A DNA stretch of 64,000 bases from an uncultured candidatus Porisulfidus sp. (GTDB taxonomy: Bacteria > Pseudomonadota > Gammaproteobacteria > Poriferisulfidales > Oxydemutatoraceae): the NCBI GenBank assembly GCA_963693105.1, contig OY843752.1, positions 776,646 through 840,645 on the forward strand. The letters are read 5' to 3'. Under the pieces are notes generated by a model. The model was not told the origin of the DNA, searched no databases, and was given only the letters and a program-made list of their open reading frames with translations. Each line of letters opens with the position of its first letter. The stretch's first letter is position 1. Shown in pieces: positions 1 to 13,107 of this stretch. The translations under genes were made by a program, and so were the position numbers.

Positions 1-3090
<3,090 letters not shown>

Positions 3091-3151
3091 GTTCTTGCGG
3101 CGGTTCTTTGTGGCACAATAGTCGCCGCCTGACGATGGCGGAAATGAACAG

Positions 3152-5086
3152 ATGTTTGTGTCGCGCAAGTTGCTGGTGTGTTTTCCGGCGGTTTTGCTTT
3201 TCACCCCGGCGACGCCTGTCGCGGCGGCCGGCATTGAGGCCCAGCGCGTTCTGTTTGACCGGGCCGAAAGCGATCTCAAGCGCGGCCGGCGCCAGTCCTA
3301 TCTGAGAGCCTCCGCGCCGCTGCGCGATTATCCGCTGTATCCCTATCTGGCCTACCGCGATATGGCGCGGCGGGTTGCGCGCGTTCCGGACGACAAGATC
3401 ATCGCCTTTCTCAAACGCCATGCCGGCACACCGCCCGCCGACAAACTGCGCCACCAGTGGCTCAAACACCGCGCGCGGCGCGGGCGCTGGAAGTTGTTCG
3501 CGCAGTATTATGTGCCGGACCAATACATTACCGACAAAAAGATGCCGTGTTGGCACGCGAAGTCGCTGTTGCGGACGAAACGCTTCGACGAGGCCGCCGC
3601 CGCCGCGCGCGAACTGTGGCTGGTCGCTTTTTCGCAACCGTCCGAGTGCGACGATGTTTTCAGGTGGGCGCGGCGCGAAGGCGTGGTGGACGATGCGCTG
3701 GTGTGGCAGCGGATTCTGCTGGTGGTCCGCAAAAGGCGGGTGTCTTTGGCCGATCACCTTGCGCGCGGTCTCGGCTCCGATGCGCGCAACTGGTACCGCC
3801 GGCTGAAACAGGCACGGCGGAAGCCGCTGCGCGCGTTGCTGGAAGTCGGGCGCCAGCCGGTCGAGTCACCCTACATGCGCGACATTTTGTCGTACAGCCT
3901 GCACCGCGCACAGCGCACCGAGCTGTCGCGCATCGCCGCGTTGTGGCCGGAAATCAGGCGCCGTCTGGCCGATTACCCGGACTGGATTCACCGCGAGGAG
4001 CGCAGTTTCGGCCTCTATGCGGCGTGGCAGCTCGAGCCGGAAATCGCCTACGCGCACCTGTCGCGGCTGCCGCAGTCGTATCACACCGATGAATCGCGTT
4101 TCTGGATGATTCGATCGGCGCTGCGCATGGGAAACTGGCATTACGTGCTGCACGCGCTGGCGTTTTTGAACGGCGCGCAGAAGGAAGAGCCAAAGTGGCG
4201 TTACTGGAAAGCGCGCGCGCTTCACGGTCTCGGGCGGCGCCAGGAAGCCGCCGCGATCTGGCGCGCGTTGTCTCGTTTGCGAAATTACTACGGTTTTCTC
4301 GCCGCCGACCGGGTCGGCGCCGCGTACCGTTTCGACAGTCCGCCGCCGGCTTTCCCGGCGGGCGAACTGGCGGCGTTCGGACGCCTTCCGGCGGTGAGGA
4401 GGGCTTATGAATTTTTCATGTTGAAGCGGCCTTTCGACGCCCGCCGCGAGTTGAATTATCTGTTGGCCGGCCTCGACGCGCCGGCGCGCATGAAACTTGC
4501 GGTGTTGTGCCGCGACTGGGGCTGGGCCGCCGGCACTGTGCAGGCGCTTGCCCACGAGAATTTCACCGGCGAACTGATGCTTCGCTTTCCGATGCCGTGG
4601 CGCAAACTCGTGGCCGTTGAGGCGCGCCGCGCCGGCGTTCCCGAGCACTGGCTTTACGGCGTCATGCGTCGCGAAAGCGCTTTCCTGCCCCAGGTTAAAT
4701 CACCGGCCGGCGCGCTGGGTCTGATGCAGCTGATGCCGGGAACCGCGAACATTGTTGCCCGCAAACTGCGCCTGCGCAAGCCGTCGCGGCGGCGGTTGCT
4801 CGACCCGGCCCTCAATATTCGCCTGGGCGCGGCCTACCTGAAACAACTGCACAAACGGACCGGTGGCCGCCTGGCGCCGGCGCTGGCTTCCTACAACGCC
4901 GGTTATAGCCGCGCCAGGAGATGGCTTGCGACCGCCCCCGTTCACGCGCCCGATATCTGGGTGGACACGATTCCGTTTGATGAGACCCGCCTCTACGTGC
5001 GCGCGGTGCTGTTCTACGCGGCGATTTACCAGCACAAGCTCGAGGGCCGGGTGACGCGGCTGGAATCGTTGATGCCGATTCGCTGA
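3152..5086 (+). CDS. slt: Soluble lytic murein transglycosylase (Slt70 family)
   Basis: YPLYPYL N-terminal motif; SLT domain motifs MRRESAF, GALGLMQLMP, ASYNAG and IPFDETRLYV. Confidence 0.92.
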   Translation: MFVSRKLLVCFPAVLLFTPATPVAAAGIEAQRVLFDRAESDLKRGRRQSYLRASAPLRDYPLYPYLAYRDMARRVARVPDDKIIAFLKRHAGTPPADKLRHQWLKHRARRGRWKLFAQYYVPDQYITDKKMPCWHAKSLLRTKRFDEAAAAARELWLVAFSQPSECDDVFRWARREGVVDDALVWQRILLVVRKRRVSLADHLARGLGSDARNWYRRLKQARRKPLRALLEVGRQPVESPYMRDILSYSLHRAQRTELSRIAALWPEIRRRLADYPDWIHREERSFGLYAAWQLEPEIAYAHLSRLPQSYHTDESRFWMIRSALRMGNWHYVLHALAFLNGAQKEEPKWRYWKARALHGLGRRQEAAAIWRALSRLRNYYGFLAADRVGAAYRFDSPPPAFPAGELAAFGRLPAVRRAYEFFMLKRPFDARRELNYLLAGLDAPARMKLAVLCRDWGWAAGTVQALAHENFTGELMLRFPMPWRKLVAVEARRAGVPEHWLYGVMRRESAFLPQVKSPAGALGLMQLMPGTANIVARKLRLRKPSRRRLLDPALNIRLGAAYLKQLHKRTGGRLAPALASYNAGYSRARRWLATAPVHAPDIWVDTIPFDETRLYVRAVLFYAAIYQHKLEGRVTRLESLMPIR

Positions 5087-5108
5087 CGCTGAGCCGCGCC
5101 GCCGCGGT

Positions 5109-6374
5109 TCAGGCTGCTTTTTCGAGGGCTTGCTTGATGTCGGCCATCAGGTCGTCCACGTGCTCGATGCCGATGGACAGACGCACCAGATCTTCGCTGA
5201 CGCCGGCGGCCTTGAGCTCGTCCGCCCCGAGCTGGCGGTGGGTGGTGCTCGCCGGATGGCAGGCCAGCGAGCGCGCGTCGCCGATGTTGACCAGGCGCAG
5301 GATCAACTGCAACGCGTCAATGAAGCGTGTGCACGCCTCTTTTCCGCCCTCGATGCCGAAGCTGAGAATGCCGGAGGCCTTGCCGCCGAGATAGCGTTTG
5401 GTCAGCGCGTGGTCGGGATGGCTTTCCAGTCCGGCGTAGCGGACCCACGTTACTTGCGGGTGCGACTCCAGGTAGCGCGCGACCGCCAGCGCGTTGTCGG
5501 AATGGCGCTCGATGCGCAGCGGCAGGCTTTCGATGCCCTGCAAGATCAGGAAACTGTTGAATGGCGACAGCGCCGAACCCATGTTGCGCAGCGGCACGAC
5601 GCGCGCGCGCCCGATGTAGGCCGCGGCGCCCAGTGCTTCGGTGTAAACGACGCCGTGGTAGGAAGCGTCGGGTTCGTTCATCATCGGGTAGCGGTCGGCG
5701 TGGTCGCTCCACGGGAAGCGGCCGGAGTCAACGATGATTCCGCCGATGCTGTTGCCGTGGCCGCCCATGTACTTGGTCAGCGAATGAACCACGATGTCCG
5801 CGCCGTGCTCGAACGGCCGGCACAGGCACGGTGTTGGCACGGTGTTGTCCACGATCAGCGGAACGCCGTGGTTGTGGCAGACTTCGGCCATCGCCGACAG
5901 GTCGGCGATGTCGCCCACCGGGTTGCCGAGCGATTCGCAGAACACGGCCTTGGTCCTGTCGTCCATCCGGCCCTCGATTTCATCGGCTTCCGCAAAGCGC
6001 ACCTCGATGCCGAGGCGCGGGAAGGTATGGGCGAACAGGTTGTAGGTGCCGCCGTAGAGTTTGCTGGTCGAGATGATGTTGTCGCCGTTCTCGGCGATTG
6101 TGAACACCGCATAGGTGATGGCCGCCATGCCCGACGACAGCGCCAGTGCGCCGATGCCGCCCTCCATTTCCGCGACCCGCTTTTCCAGCACCGCGGTCGT
6201 CGGGTTCATGATGCGCGTGTAGATGTTGCCCTCGACCTTCAGGTCGAACAGGTCGGCGCCGTGCTGCGTGTCCTCAAAGGTGTAGGCGGTGGTCTGGTAA
6301 ATGGGCGTGACCGCGGCGCGCGTGGTCGGTTCGGCCTGGTAGCCGCCGTGGACTGCTATGGTCTCAATCTTCAT
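5109..6374 (-). CDS. metY: O-acetylhomoserine/O-acetylserine sulfhydrylase (PLP enzyme)
   Basis: PIYQTTAY, NIYTRIMNPT, HSLTKYMGGHG (PLP lysine), HPASTTHRQL, LVRLSIGIE. Confidence 0.93.
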   Translation of the reverse strand: MKIETIAVHGGYQAEPTTRAAVTPIYQTTAYTFEDTQHGADLFDLKVEGNIYTRIMNPTTAVLEKRVAEMEGGIGALALSSGMAAITYAVFTIAENGDNIISTSKLYGGTYNLFAHTFPRLGIEVRFAEADEIEGRMDDRTKAVFCESLGNPVGDIADLSAMAEVCHNHGVPLIVDNTVPTPCLCRPFEHGADIVVHSLTKYMGGHGNSIGGIIVDSGRFPWSDHADRYPMMNEPDASYHGVVYTEALGAAAYIGRARVVPLRNMGSALSPFNSFLILQGIESLPLRIERHSDNALAVARYLESHPQVTWVRYAGLESHPDHALTKRYLGGKASGILSFGIEGGKEACTRFIDALQLILRLVNIGDARSLACHPASTTHRQLGADELKAAGVSEDLVRLSIGIEHVDDLMADIKQALEKAA

Positions 6375-6523
6375 GCTTTTTCACCTTTTATGGGCGTTTT
6401 TGTGGATAAGATGCAGGCACTATAAAACTTCGCCGGGTGAAAGTCCACACAACGGCGGGTTGCAATACCGGGCTGCAATCGCCGAATGTTTTGTATAATG
6501 CACGGATTATCCGGAAAGAGTTC

Positions 6524-6943
6524 ATGGAGCAGATATTCCACTATACGGCGCACGATGGCGGCAAGGAGCTGACCGGGGTGCTAGAAAAAGTATCCGGTTC
6601 TCTCCAGGACCGCAAGATTCCGCAGGGCGTGATCTCCAAACTGGAGATTGCGGTTGAGGAACTGGTGCTGAACACTTTTCAGCATGGCGGCGGAGACACC
6701 AAGGCCATCGAAGTGGCCATCGTGGGACAGTCCGACGAGGAATGGATTGACGTAATCATTCTCGACAACGGCAATTTGTTCAACCCGCTGGAGCGCGTGT
6801 CTCCGGATTCCGTCAACAAGGAACTGGAGGACCGTCCCATCGGCGGCCTCGGCATTCACCTGGTGCTGGAGTTGATGGACGAGGTCAGTTACCGGGAGGA
6901 TGACGGCCGCAACTGCATTATTCTGCGCTGCAAGTTCAATTAG
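6524..6943 (+). CDS. Anti-sigma factor / Ser kinase, RsbW/SpoIIAB-like (HATPase_c)
   Basis: IAVEELVLNTFQHG, ILDNGNLFNP and RPIGGLGIHLVLELMDEVSY; start placed at ATG 6524. Confidence 0.88.
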   Translation: MEQIFHYTAHDGGKELTGVLEKVSGSLQDRKIPQGVISKLEIAVEELVLNTFQHGGGDTKAIEVAIVGQSDEEWIDVIILDNGNLFNPLERVSPDSVNKELEDRPIGGLGIHLVLELMDEVSYREDDGRNCIILRCKFN

Positions 6944-8118
6944 TCCGGCTGTGTCTGGCCGCCGGTGTATTGAATCGCAAGTTGGGTGATGTCGTCGTAG
7001 CGTTTTGTTTCGCCGCGAAATTCTTCGACGGAGTTCCAGACCAGGTCGATGACTTTAACGGGGTCGATGGAGGCGCCTTCCTGCTCCAGCAGTTTTTTCA
7101 GGCGGTTTTCTGAATACAACTCGCTGTCGGCGTTGTGCGCCTCGCTGACGCCGTCGGTGAACAGATACAGCGTTTCTCCGGGTTGCATCGTGTATTCCCC
7201 TTCCTCATACGCAAAACTGCCTTCCACTCCCAATGGGACACCGCGTGGGCAGGAGAGTTCCTTGATCGTGCCGTCGGGCGCGATGAGCAACGGCGGCAGG
7301 TGGCCGGCGTTGCAATAGCGCAACACGCCGCTTTGCAGGTTCAAGGTGGCGTAAAACGCGGTGGCGAAAAACATTTCCGGATTTTTTTCACTGAGCAGGG
7401 CGTTGGTTCTTTTGACGGTCACTGTCGGGTGGTGATCCTTGAGCGAGGCGGCGGACACGAAGAGGATGGTGCGGCAAACCGCCATGAAAATCGCCGCCGG
7501 CATTCCCTTGCCGGAGATGTCGGCGATTGCGAAGCCGACCAGGTCTTCGCCCAGCTTGAAGAAATCGTAGAAATCGCCGCCGACTTCCTGGGCCGCCAGC
7601 GTTTTGGCGAACAATTTGTATTTTTCGCTTTCGGGAAAATGGGTCGGCAGTATCCGGCGTTGCAGTTGGCCCGCATAGTCCATCTCGCTGCGCAGGTGAG
7701 TCAGTGTCGCCTTGGTCTGGCGCGCCTGCTCTTCTTTCTTGATTTCCTCGATGGCCTTGTCAAGGGTGGCCTCAAGATCACGGAAATCAATGGGCTTGAC
7801 GATGAAATCGTAGGCGCCGGCGTTCATCGCGTGGCGCAGGTTTCCCATGTCGCTGTAGGCGGAGACAATGACGGTGCGGATGGGCAGGCCGAGTTCGAGG
7901 ATTTCTTTGAGCAGCGTCAAGCCGTCCATTTCCGGCATGTTGATATCCGAGAACACGATGGTGATTTCAGGATGCGCGGTCAGGGTCTGGAGTGCTTCAA
8001 CGCCGTTGCCGGCGAAATGGAAATTAATATCGCCTTTGCGAATGCGCCTGCCGAGGCGCTGCCTCACGATGTCCTCCAGGTCGCGCTCATCGTCCACATA
8101 TAACATTGAGTAAGCCAT
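6940..8118 (-). CDS. Response regulator receiver fused to a PP2C/SpoIIE phosphatase (RsbU-like)
   Basis: REC motifs YVDDE, SDINMPEMDG and KP; PP2C motifs VGGDFYDF, IADISGKG, NAGH, FTDGVSEA and DDIT. Confidence 0.92.
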   Translation of the reverse strand: MAYSMLYVDDERDLEDIVRQRLGRRIRKGDINFHFAGNGVEALQTLTAHPEITIVFSDINMPEMDGLTLLKEILELGLPIRTVIVSAYSDMGNLRHAMNAGAYDFIVKPIDFRDLEATLDKAIEEIKKEEQARQTKATLTHLRSEMDYAGQLQRRILPTHFPESEKYKLFAKTLAAQEVGGDFYDFFKLGEDLVGFAIADISGKGMPAAIFMAVCRTILFVSAASLKDHHPTVTVKRTNALLSEKNPEMFFATAFYATLNLQSGVLRYCNAGHLPPLLIAPDGTIKELSCPRGVPLGVEGSFAYEEGEYTMQPGETLYLFTDGVSEAHNADSELYSENRLKKLLEQEGASIDPVKVIDLVWNSVEEFRGETKRYDDITQLAIQYTGGQTQPD

Positions 8119-8133
8119 TGATTATTCCTTTGA

Positions 8134-10140
8134 TTATTCCTTTGCTGCGGCGAGTTGCTGTTCCCGTGCTTTTGCTTCCAGGTCGCCGGGGATAAAGACG
8201 CAAAACTCAGTGTATTCACCGGGGCTGGAGTCCACTGTTAATCGTCCATTGTGCATCTTGGTAACAATATCATAACTGATGGACAATCCAAGCCCGGTGC
8301 CGGAGCCTGTCGGCTTGGTGGTGAAAAAGGGGGTGAACAACTTGTCAATGTTTTCCTGTGGTATGCCGGGGCCGTTGTCGCGCACCCGGATTTCGATTCC
8401 TCCGTCCGTCGCTTTTGTGCTGACCCGCACTTCGGGAGAATAGTCGGGTTCCGTCTGCTTGAATTCATGGGTCGCCTGGAAGGCGTTGTTGACCAGGTTG
8501 AGGACGACGCGTTGCAGGTCCTGCGGCACGATGTACATCGAGGTGATGCTCCCGTCCAAATCGGTCTCCGTTTTTGCGTTGAATTCGATATCCACGGAAC
8601 GCATGCTGTGGTAGGACAGATTCATCGCCTCCTCGACGAGTTTGTTGACTTCACTGTTCTCGAAGTCGTGCGAGCCTCCTCTGGAGTGTGCCAGCATGTT
8701 GTGCACGATGTTGTCCGCCCGCCGGCTGTGGTGGCAGATTTTTTCGTTGTTGCCGCTCATGTCGGTGAGAATGTCCTCGACGTTCTCACGAATTTTCTCG
8801 TCCATTGATTCCTTGATTGGGGTCATGGTTTCGATCAGTTCAGAGCACAATTCGTTGGTCAGTTCGGCGAAGTTTTTGATCAGGTTGAGCGGATTCTTGA
8901 TTTCATGGGCAATGCCGGCGGCGACGGTTCCCAGCGAGGCGAGTTTTTCACTGGCGACAATCTGGTCCTGCGCGATCTTCAAATCCTCCAGCGTCTTTTC
9001 CAGTTCCGTGTTGCGCAGGCGCACTTCCTGCGAAGCCGTCTCAAGGCTGGCCTGAGTGTCCAGCAACCTGCGGTTCAGGCGTTGGAAGTGGAACGCCGCG
9101 AAGGAAAGCAATATGATGAAAAACACAATCAGCAGGAGTTCTTTCCAGTACTTGGCGGCGACGTCCTTCAGGTGGATTTCGCCGAAGCCCGTATAGGGCG
9201 GGACCCGCAACCGCTGCAGCACGTTGTGCACGGGCTGGTAATTTCCGGGGACGGTCCAGCCGTAATACCTGCCGGTTCTGGCCGCCTTGCTGTCGGCCGG
9301 AATCTGCAGCAGCACTTCCAGCACCTCGCGCTTGAGCGCTTCCGGCACGTGCGTCAGCGAGGCGAAAGGCCAGTCGGGGTAGAGCTCGGTGCTGACCAGG
9401 TAGGGGAAATCCTGGTGCTGCGCGGGGGACAACAAAGTGAAGTCCTCCAGGTTGATTTTCTTTTCGTTGTGCATTCGTTCCAGAATGCCGGTGCGCACCG
9501 TGCCGGCGTCCACTGTTCCGTCCCTGACGCTGAACACCACCTTGTCGTGCGACTGCACGAAGGTCAGTTCTTCCAGATCTTCGTCGGGTACGATGCCGCT
9601 TTCAAGCAGTCGGTTGAAAGCGAGGTACCATCCGCCCCACGCCAACTGGTTGACGGCGGCGAAACGTTTGCCCTCCAGATCCCGCAGCGCCCGGAGGTCG
9701 TCGCGGTCCGAGCGGCGGAGTATGACGGCGCCGAAGTATTTCAGGTAGTTTCCGGCCTTGGCGTCCATCAGGGTTGCGAGCGGTTGCCCGCCATGGTTGA
9801 CTTCCAGCACGACGTATCCTGCCGGATTGGTCAGGATGAATTCAACGTGCTTGTGCTGGATGTGCCGGTCCATCTCTTCCCAAGTCGAGGGCACGATTCG
9901 AAATTCGCGGCCCGGGATGTTGTCGCTCAGAAACTTCGCGGTCTCGCGCCACCGGTCCATGGCGTTTTTCTTGTTGCGGATTGCGATGACGCCGATGTTG
10001 ACGATGCCTTCGCTGCGTTCGTGGAGACTCGTCTCCGAGGATTGCGCCAGTGCCGATTGTGGCGCAATCAGCGCGGCAGACAGCATCAGGACCGGCAGGG
10101 CGCCAGCCTCTGAAAGTCGGGTTTTTTTGCATCGGAACAT
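8134..10140 (-). CDS. Sensor histidine kinase with a periplasmic PhnD/phosphonate-binding-like domain (TtrS-like architecture)
   Basis: Signal peptide, substrate-binding-type domain (FILTNP, DAGTVRTG, STELYPDWPFA), one TM helix, H-box AHEIKNPLN, NLVNNAFQA, DNGPG, FFTTKPTGSGTGLGL. Confidence 0.88.
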   Translation of the reverse strand: MFRCKKTRLSEAGALPVLMLSAALIAPQSALAQSSETSLHERSEGIVNIGVIAIRNKKNAMDRWRETAKFLSDNIPGREFRIVPSTWEEMDRHIQHKHVEFILTNPAGYVVLEVNHGGQPLATLMDAKAGNYLKYFGAVILRRSDRDDLRALRDLEGKRFAAVNQLAWGGWYLAFNRLLESGIVPDEDLEELTFVQSHDKVVFSVRDGTVDAGTVRTGILERMHNEKKINLEDFTLLSPAQHQDFPYLVSTELYPDWPFASLTHVPEALKREVLEVLLQIPADSKAARTGRYYGWTVPGNYQPVHNVLQRLRVPPYTGFGEIHLKDVAAKYWKELLLIVFFIILLSFAAFHFQRLNRRLLDTQASLETASQEVRLRNTELEKTLEDLKIAQDQIVASEKLASLGTVAAGIAHEIKNPLNLIKNFAELTNELCSELIETMTPIKESMDEKIRENVEDILTDMSGNNEKICHHSRRADNIVHNMLAHSRGGSHDFENSEVNKLVEEAMNLSYHSMRSVDIEFNAKTETDLDGSITSMYIVPQDLQRVVLNLVNNAFQATHEFKQTEPDYSPEVRVSTKATDGGIEIRVRDNGPGIPQENIDKLFTPFFTTKPTGSGTGLGLSISYDIVTKMHNGRLTVDSSPGEYTEFCVFIPGDLEAKAREQQLAAAKE

Positions 10141-10259
10141 TATGTTTTCGGGGCGCGGATATTGCAAAGTAGGGCATTTTACCAGTTTTTTCGGCGTGTA
10201 TTGTTTTTTCATGTTCCTGTGGCACAATACGGATGCTTGTCCTCGGAATACTTAACTAT

Positions 10260-11816
10260 ATGCCGAATCTTAATCTTCGCTCGCCGATTCCAATGTGGTG
10301 CATTGGTTGGGTCTTGCTGCTGTTGGGCGCGGCGACTTCAGTCCGCGCGGCGGAATCCCTGATGGCGGTGCTGGAACATGTCCACCAGAACCATCCGCGC
10401 CTGCAGGCTTCAAGAAACAATCTGCTGGCCGTGCATGAACAGGTGCCGTCGGCGCTGGCGGCTTTTCTGCCGAGGGTTTCTTTTTCGGCGGAGCTGGGGC
10501 GGACCAGCTACGAGCGAGAGTATTTTTCGGATGTTAGTCTCTGTCGCAATATTGGCACCAACCAGATTTTTAATCTGGGCACGTCAGTATCAGATGATGA
10601 GAGGGCGGCTTGTCTAACGAGTAACGGAACAGTCGAGGAGGTCGGAGATAGCAAGATTGAGACCTTCTATGGAGAGAATGCCAAAACCAACCCGTCCTAT
10701 ATCAGAAGATCCGCAACCGGCAGGTTGAATTTGTTCCGGTCGGGCGCCGACCTCGCGCAATACCGCGGCGCCCATCATCTGGTGGACCGCCAGGAGGCGC
10801 TCTACCGCAATGTCGAGCAGGAAATCCTGTTGCAGGGAATCCAGGCCTATCTGCAAGTGCACCTTGCGCGCCGCACCATCGGCTACCGCGAGAGCAATCT
10901 GGAGGCGTTGCGCGAGCGCGCGCGCGTGACCCGGAATCAGTTCGAAATTCAGGACAAGACGCTGGCCGATTTGGAGCAGGTCAGGGCGCGCGTCGCCGTG
11001 GCGCTTGCCGATCTGGCTCTGGCGAAGGCGTCGGCGGCGCAGGCCGAGGCGACTTTCCTGCGCGTGGTCGGGCGCATGCCGAGCGAGACGTTGGCGGAGG
11101 TGGAGTCCGCCCCCGATATTCCGCCGAGCCTGGAGCAGGCTGTCGGCGCCGCACAAACGGCCAACCCGCGCGTACGTACTGCCCGTGCCGCGTGGATGTC
11201 GGCCAACGCGCAGGCGCGGCGCACGCTGGCGGCGAATGGGGGGCCGAGCGTTGATTTTGTGAGCCAGATTAGCGAGAACCACAGCCGCGAGAAATTGGTG
11301 GGTGACACCACGCAATGGAGCATGGCCTTTCAACTGAACGTACCGATTTATCAGGGCGGTGCGGTTGGTTCGGCGGTGCGCCAGGCGCGGCACTCGGCGG
11401 AGCAGAGCCGCAGTGAATATCTGGACGAGGTTCGCGCCACGCGCGAGTCGGTGACGCGCGCCTGGGAGGATTATCTGGCGTCAAAGGCGCGCAGGGATGC
11501 GCTCGAAGAAGCGGCGCGGGCCGCGCAAGTCGCGCTGGCGACAGTGCGTCTTGAGGTCGAGGTCGGTCAGCGTCTGGTCGTGGACGAACTGGATGCGGCG
11601 AGGGATCTGGTCAACAACCAGGTGACGCTGGAACAGGCGTCGCGGGACTGGCTGCTGGCCGGTTACCAGTTGCGCCGCCATACCGGCGCCTTGACGGCGT
11701 CGTCGCTGGGGCTGGCCGACCACATGCCGCAGCGCAAGGGTTTTACAGCCGAGATGCTGGCGCCGACCCCGTATCAATTGTGGCGGCATCGAGGCGTTTA
11801 TCGGGAGGCAGAATAA
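10260..11816 (+). CDS. TolC-family outer-membrane efflux/type I secretion channel (start uncertain)
   Basis: Signal peptide, NHPRLQA, AFLPRVS, NVPIYQGG, VGQRLVVDELDA; first gene of the exporter operon. Confidence 0.88.
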   Translation: MPNLNLRSPIPMWCIGWVLLLLGAATSVRAAESLMAVLEHVHQNHPRLQASRNNLLAVHEQVPSALAAFLPRVSFSAELGRTSYEREYFSDVSLCRNIGTNQIFNLGTSVSDDERAACLTSNGTVEEVGDSKIETFYGENAKTNPSYIRRSATGRLNLFRSGADLAQYRGAHHLVDRQEALYRNVEQEILLQGIQAYLQVHLARRTIGYRESNLEALRERARVTRNQFEIQDKTLADLEQVRARVAVALADLALAKASAAQAEATFLRVVGRMPSETLAEVESAPDIPPSLEQAVGAAQTANPRVRTARAAWMSANAQARRTLAANGGPSVDFVSQISENHSREKLVGDTTQWSMAFQLNVPIYQGGAVGSAVRQARHSAEQSRSEYLDEVRATRESVTRAWEDYLASKARRDALEEAARAAQVALATVRLEVEVGQRLVVDELDAARDLVNNQVTLEQASRDWLLAGYQLRRHTGALTASSLGLADHMPQRKGFTAEMLAPTPYQLWRHRGVYREAE

Positions 11817-13078
11817 TGGCTGGAATTTCTTTTAGAAAAGAGGCACTGGATCATCTTACATCGCCGGAGCAGCTGGACCGTACGGTGCCTATCCTGCGGC
11901 CGCTGGACTGGTTGATTGGCGTCGCCTTTCTGGTCATGTTCTCGGCGCTCGGCGTGTGGAGCGTGGTCGGTGAACTGACCAAACGTGTGCCTGCGACGGG
12001 CTTGCTGATTAACAGCGAAGGCAGAATCTTCGACGCGATGGCGGTCAGCGGCGGTGTTCTCGGGGACATCAAGATTGGAATCGGCGATGTCGTTGAGAAG
12101 GGGCAGATCATCGGCGATATCCTGCAAAGCGAGGTGCAGCAGCAATTCAATATTGCCGAAGAGGCATTGCAGCGGCGCCGCGCCGAATTTGGCGAAGTCG
12201 AGGAGCAACTGCTGACCGAGGATGAGATCAGCAAGGATTTCTACGACAAGCAGGCGAAGCGGTTGCGGGAGCAGGTCAGCCTGGCGCAGAAAGTGGTCTC
12301 GACTGCGCGCAAGCAACTCGAGGATTACCGCACACTGCTCGAAAGCCAGTCGGGAACGCGCGCCGGATTGCGCGCCCAGCAGCAGGGTTATGACCAGGCG
12401 GTGGCGAATCTTTCGCGTCTCAACGACCAGTTGGAGCAACGCGAAAAGCAGGAACTGGACCGCCAGCATAACGCCAGAACGCGGATGACGAGGGCCAAGG
12501 AGGCCGTCATCGCGGCGGAAGACCGCATTGCTGAATTGGAAGTGCGTCTGTCGGATTCCACCGCCGTGAAGTCGCCGGTCAGGGGGCGCATCATTGAACT
12601 CAAGGCCAATCCGGGGTCGTCATTGCGCCCGGGCTTGTCGGTGGCAAGCATCGAAACCCTGGGCGAAACGCTTGAGATGATCGGCTACGTTCCGCCGCAG
12701 CACAGCGGCAAGGTGAAGGTCGGCCAGGAGGTGCTCGTTGGTGTTGGCACCGGCGATGACGCATCGGGCAGCCGCATGATCGGTAAAGTACGCCATGTCT
12801 CGGAGTTTCCGGTGAGCGAACAGGGAATTATGGTGCAACTGCAAAATGCCGCTCTGGCGAGGACCTTGATTCAGGCCGGCGCACCTTACGAGGTTCGTAT
12901 TTCCCTGGATCGGGACGAGAGAAGCGCCAACGGTTACGCGTGGACTTCCAAAAAAGGCCGCCAGAAGGAAAAAATAGCCAGCGGCATTTTTTGCAATGCA
13001 AAAATTGTGCACGATAAAGTCAAGCCGATTTCGATGGTGGTGCCGTTGACGAAAGAATTCTTCGGGATTGAAAGTTAA
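11816..13078 (+). CDS. NHLP bacteriocin system secretion (HlyD-like adaptor) protein
   Basis: FRKEALDHLTSPEQLD N-terminus and SANGYAWTS C-terminal motif typical of the NHLP-system membrane fusion proteins; coiled-coil middle; ATG overlaps the tolC TAA. Confidence 0.9.
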   Translation: MAGISFRKEALDHLTSPEQLDRTVPILRPLDWLIGVAFLVMFSALGVWSVVGELTKRVPATGLLINSEGRIFDAMAVSGGVLGDIKIGIGDVVEKGQIIGDILQSEVQQQFNIAEEALQRRRAEFGEVEEQLLTEDEISKDFYDKQAKRLREQVSLAQKVVSTARKQLEDYRTLLESQSGTRAGLRAQQQGYDQAVANLSRLNDQLEQREKQELDRQHNARTRMTRAKEAVIAAEDRIAELEVRLSDSTAVKSPVRGRIIELKANPGSSLRPGLSVASIETLGETLEMIGYVPPQHSGKVKVGQEVLVGVGTGDDASGSRMIGKVRHVSEFPVSEQGIMVQLQNAALARTLIQAGAPYEVRISLDRDERSANGYAWTSKKGRQKEKIASGIFCNAKIVHDKVKPISMVVPLTKEFFGIES

Positions 13079-13107
13079 AAGACTGTAACCCGGGGGAAGG
13101 CGGCAAG

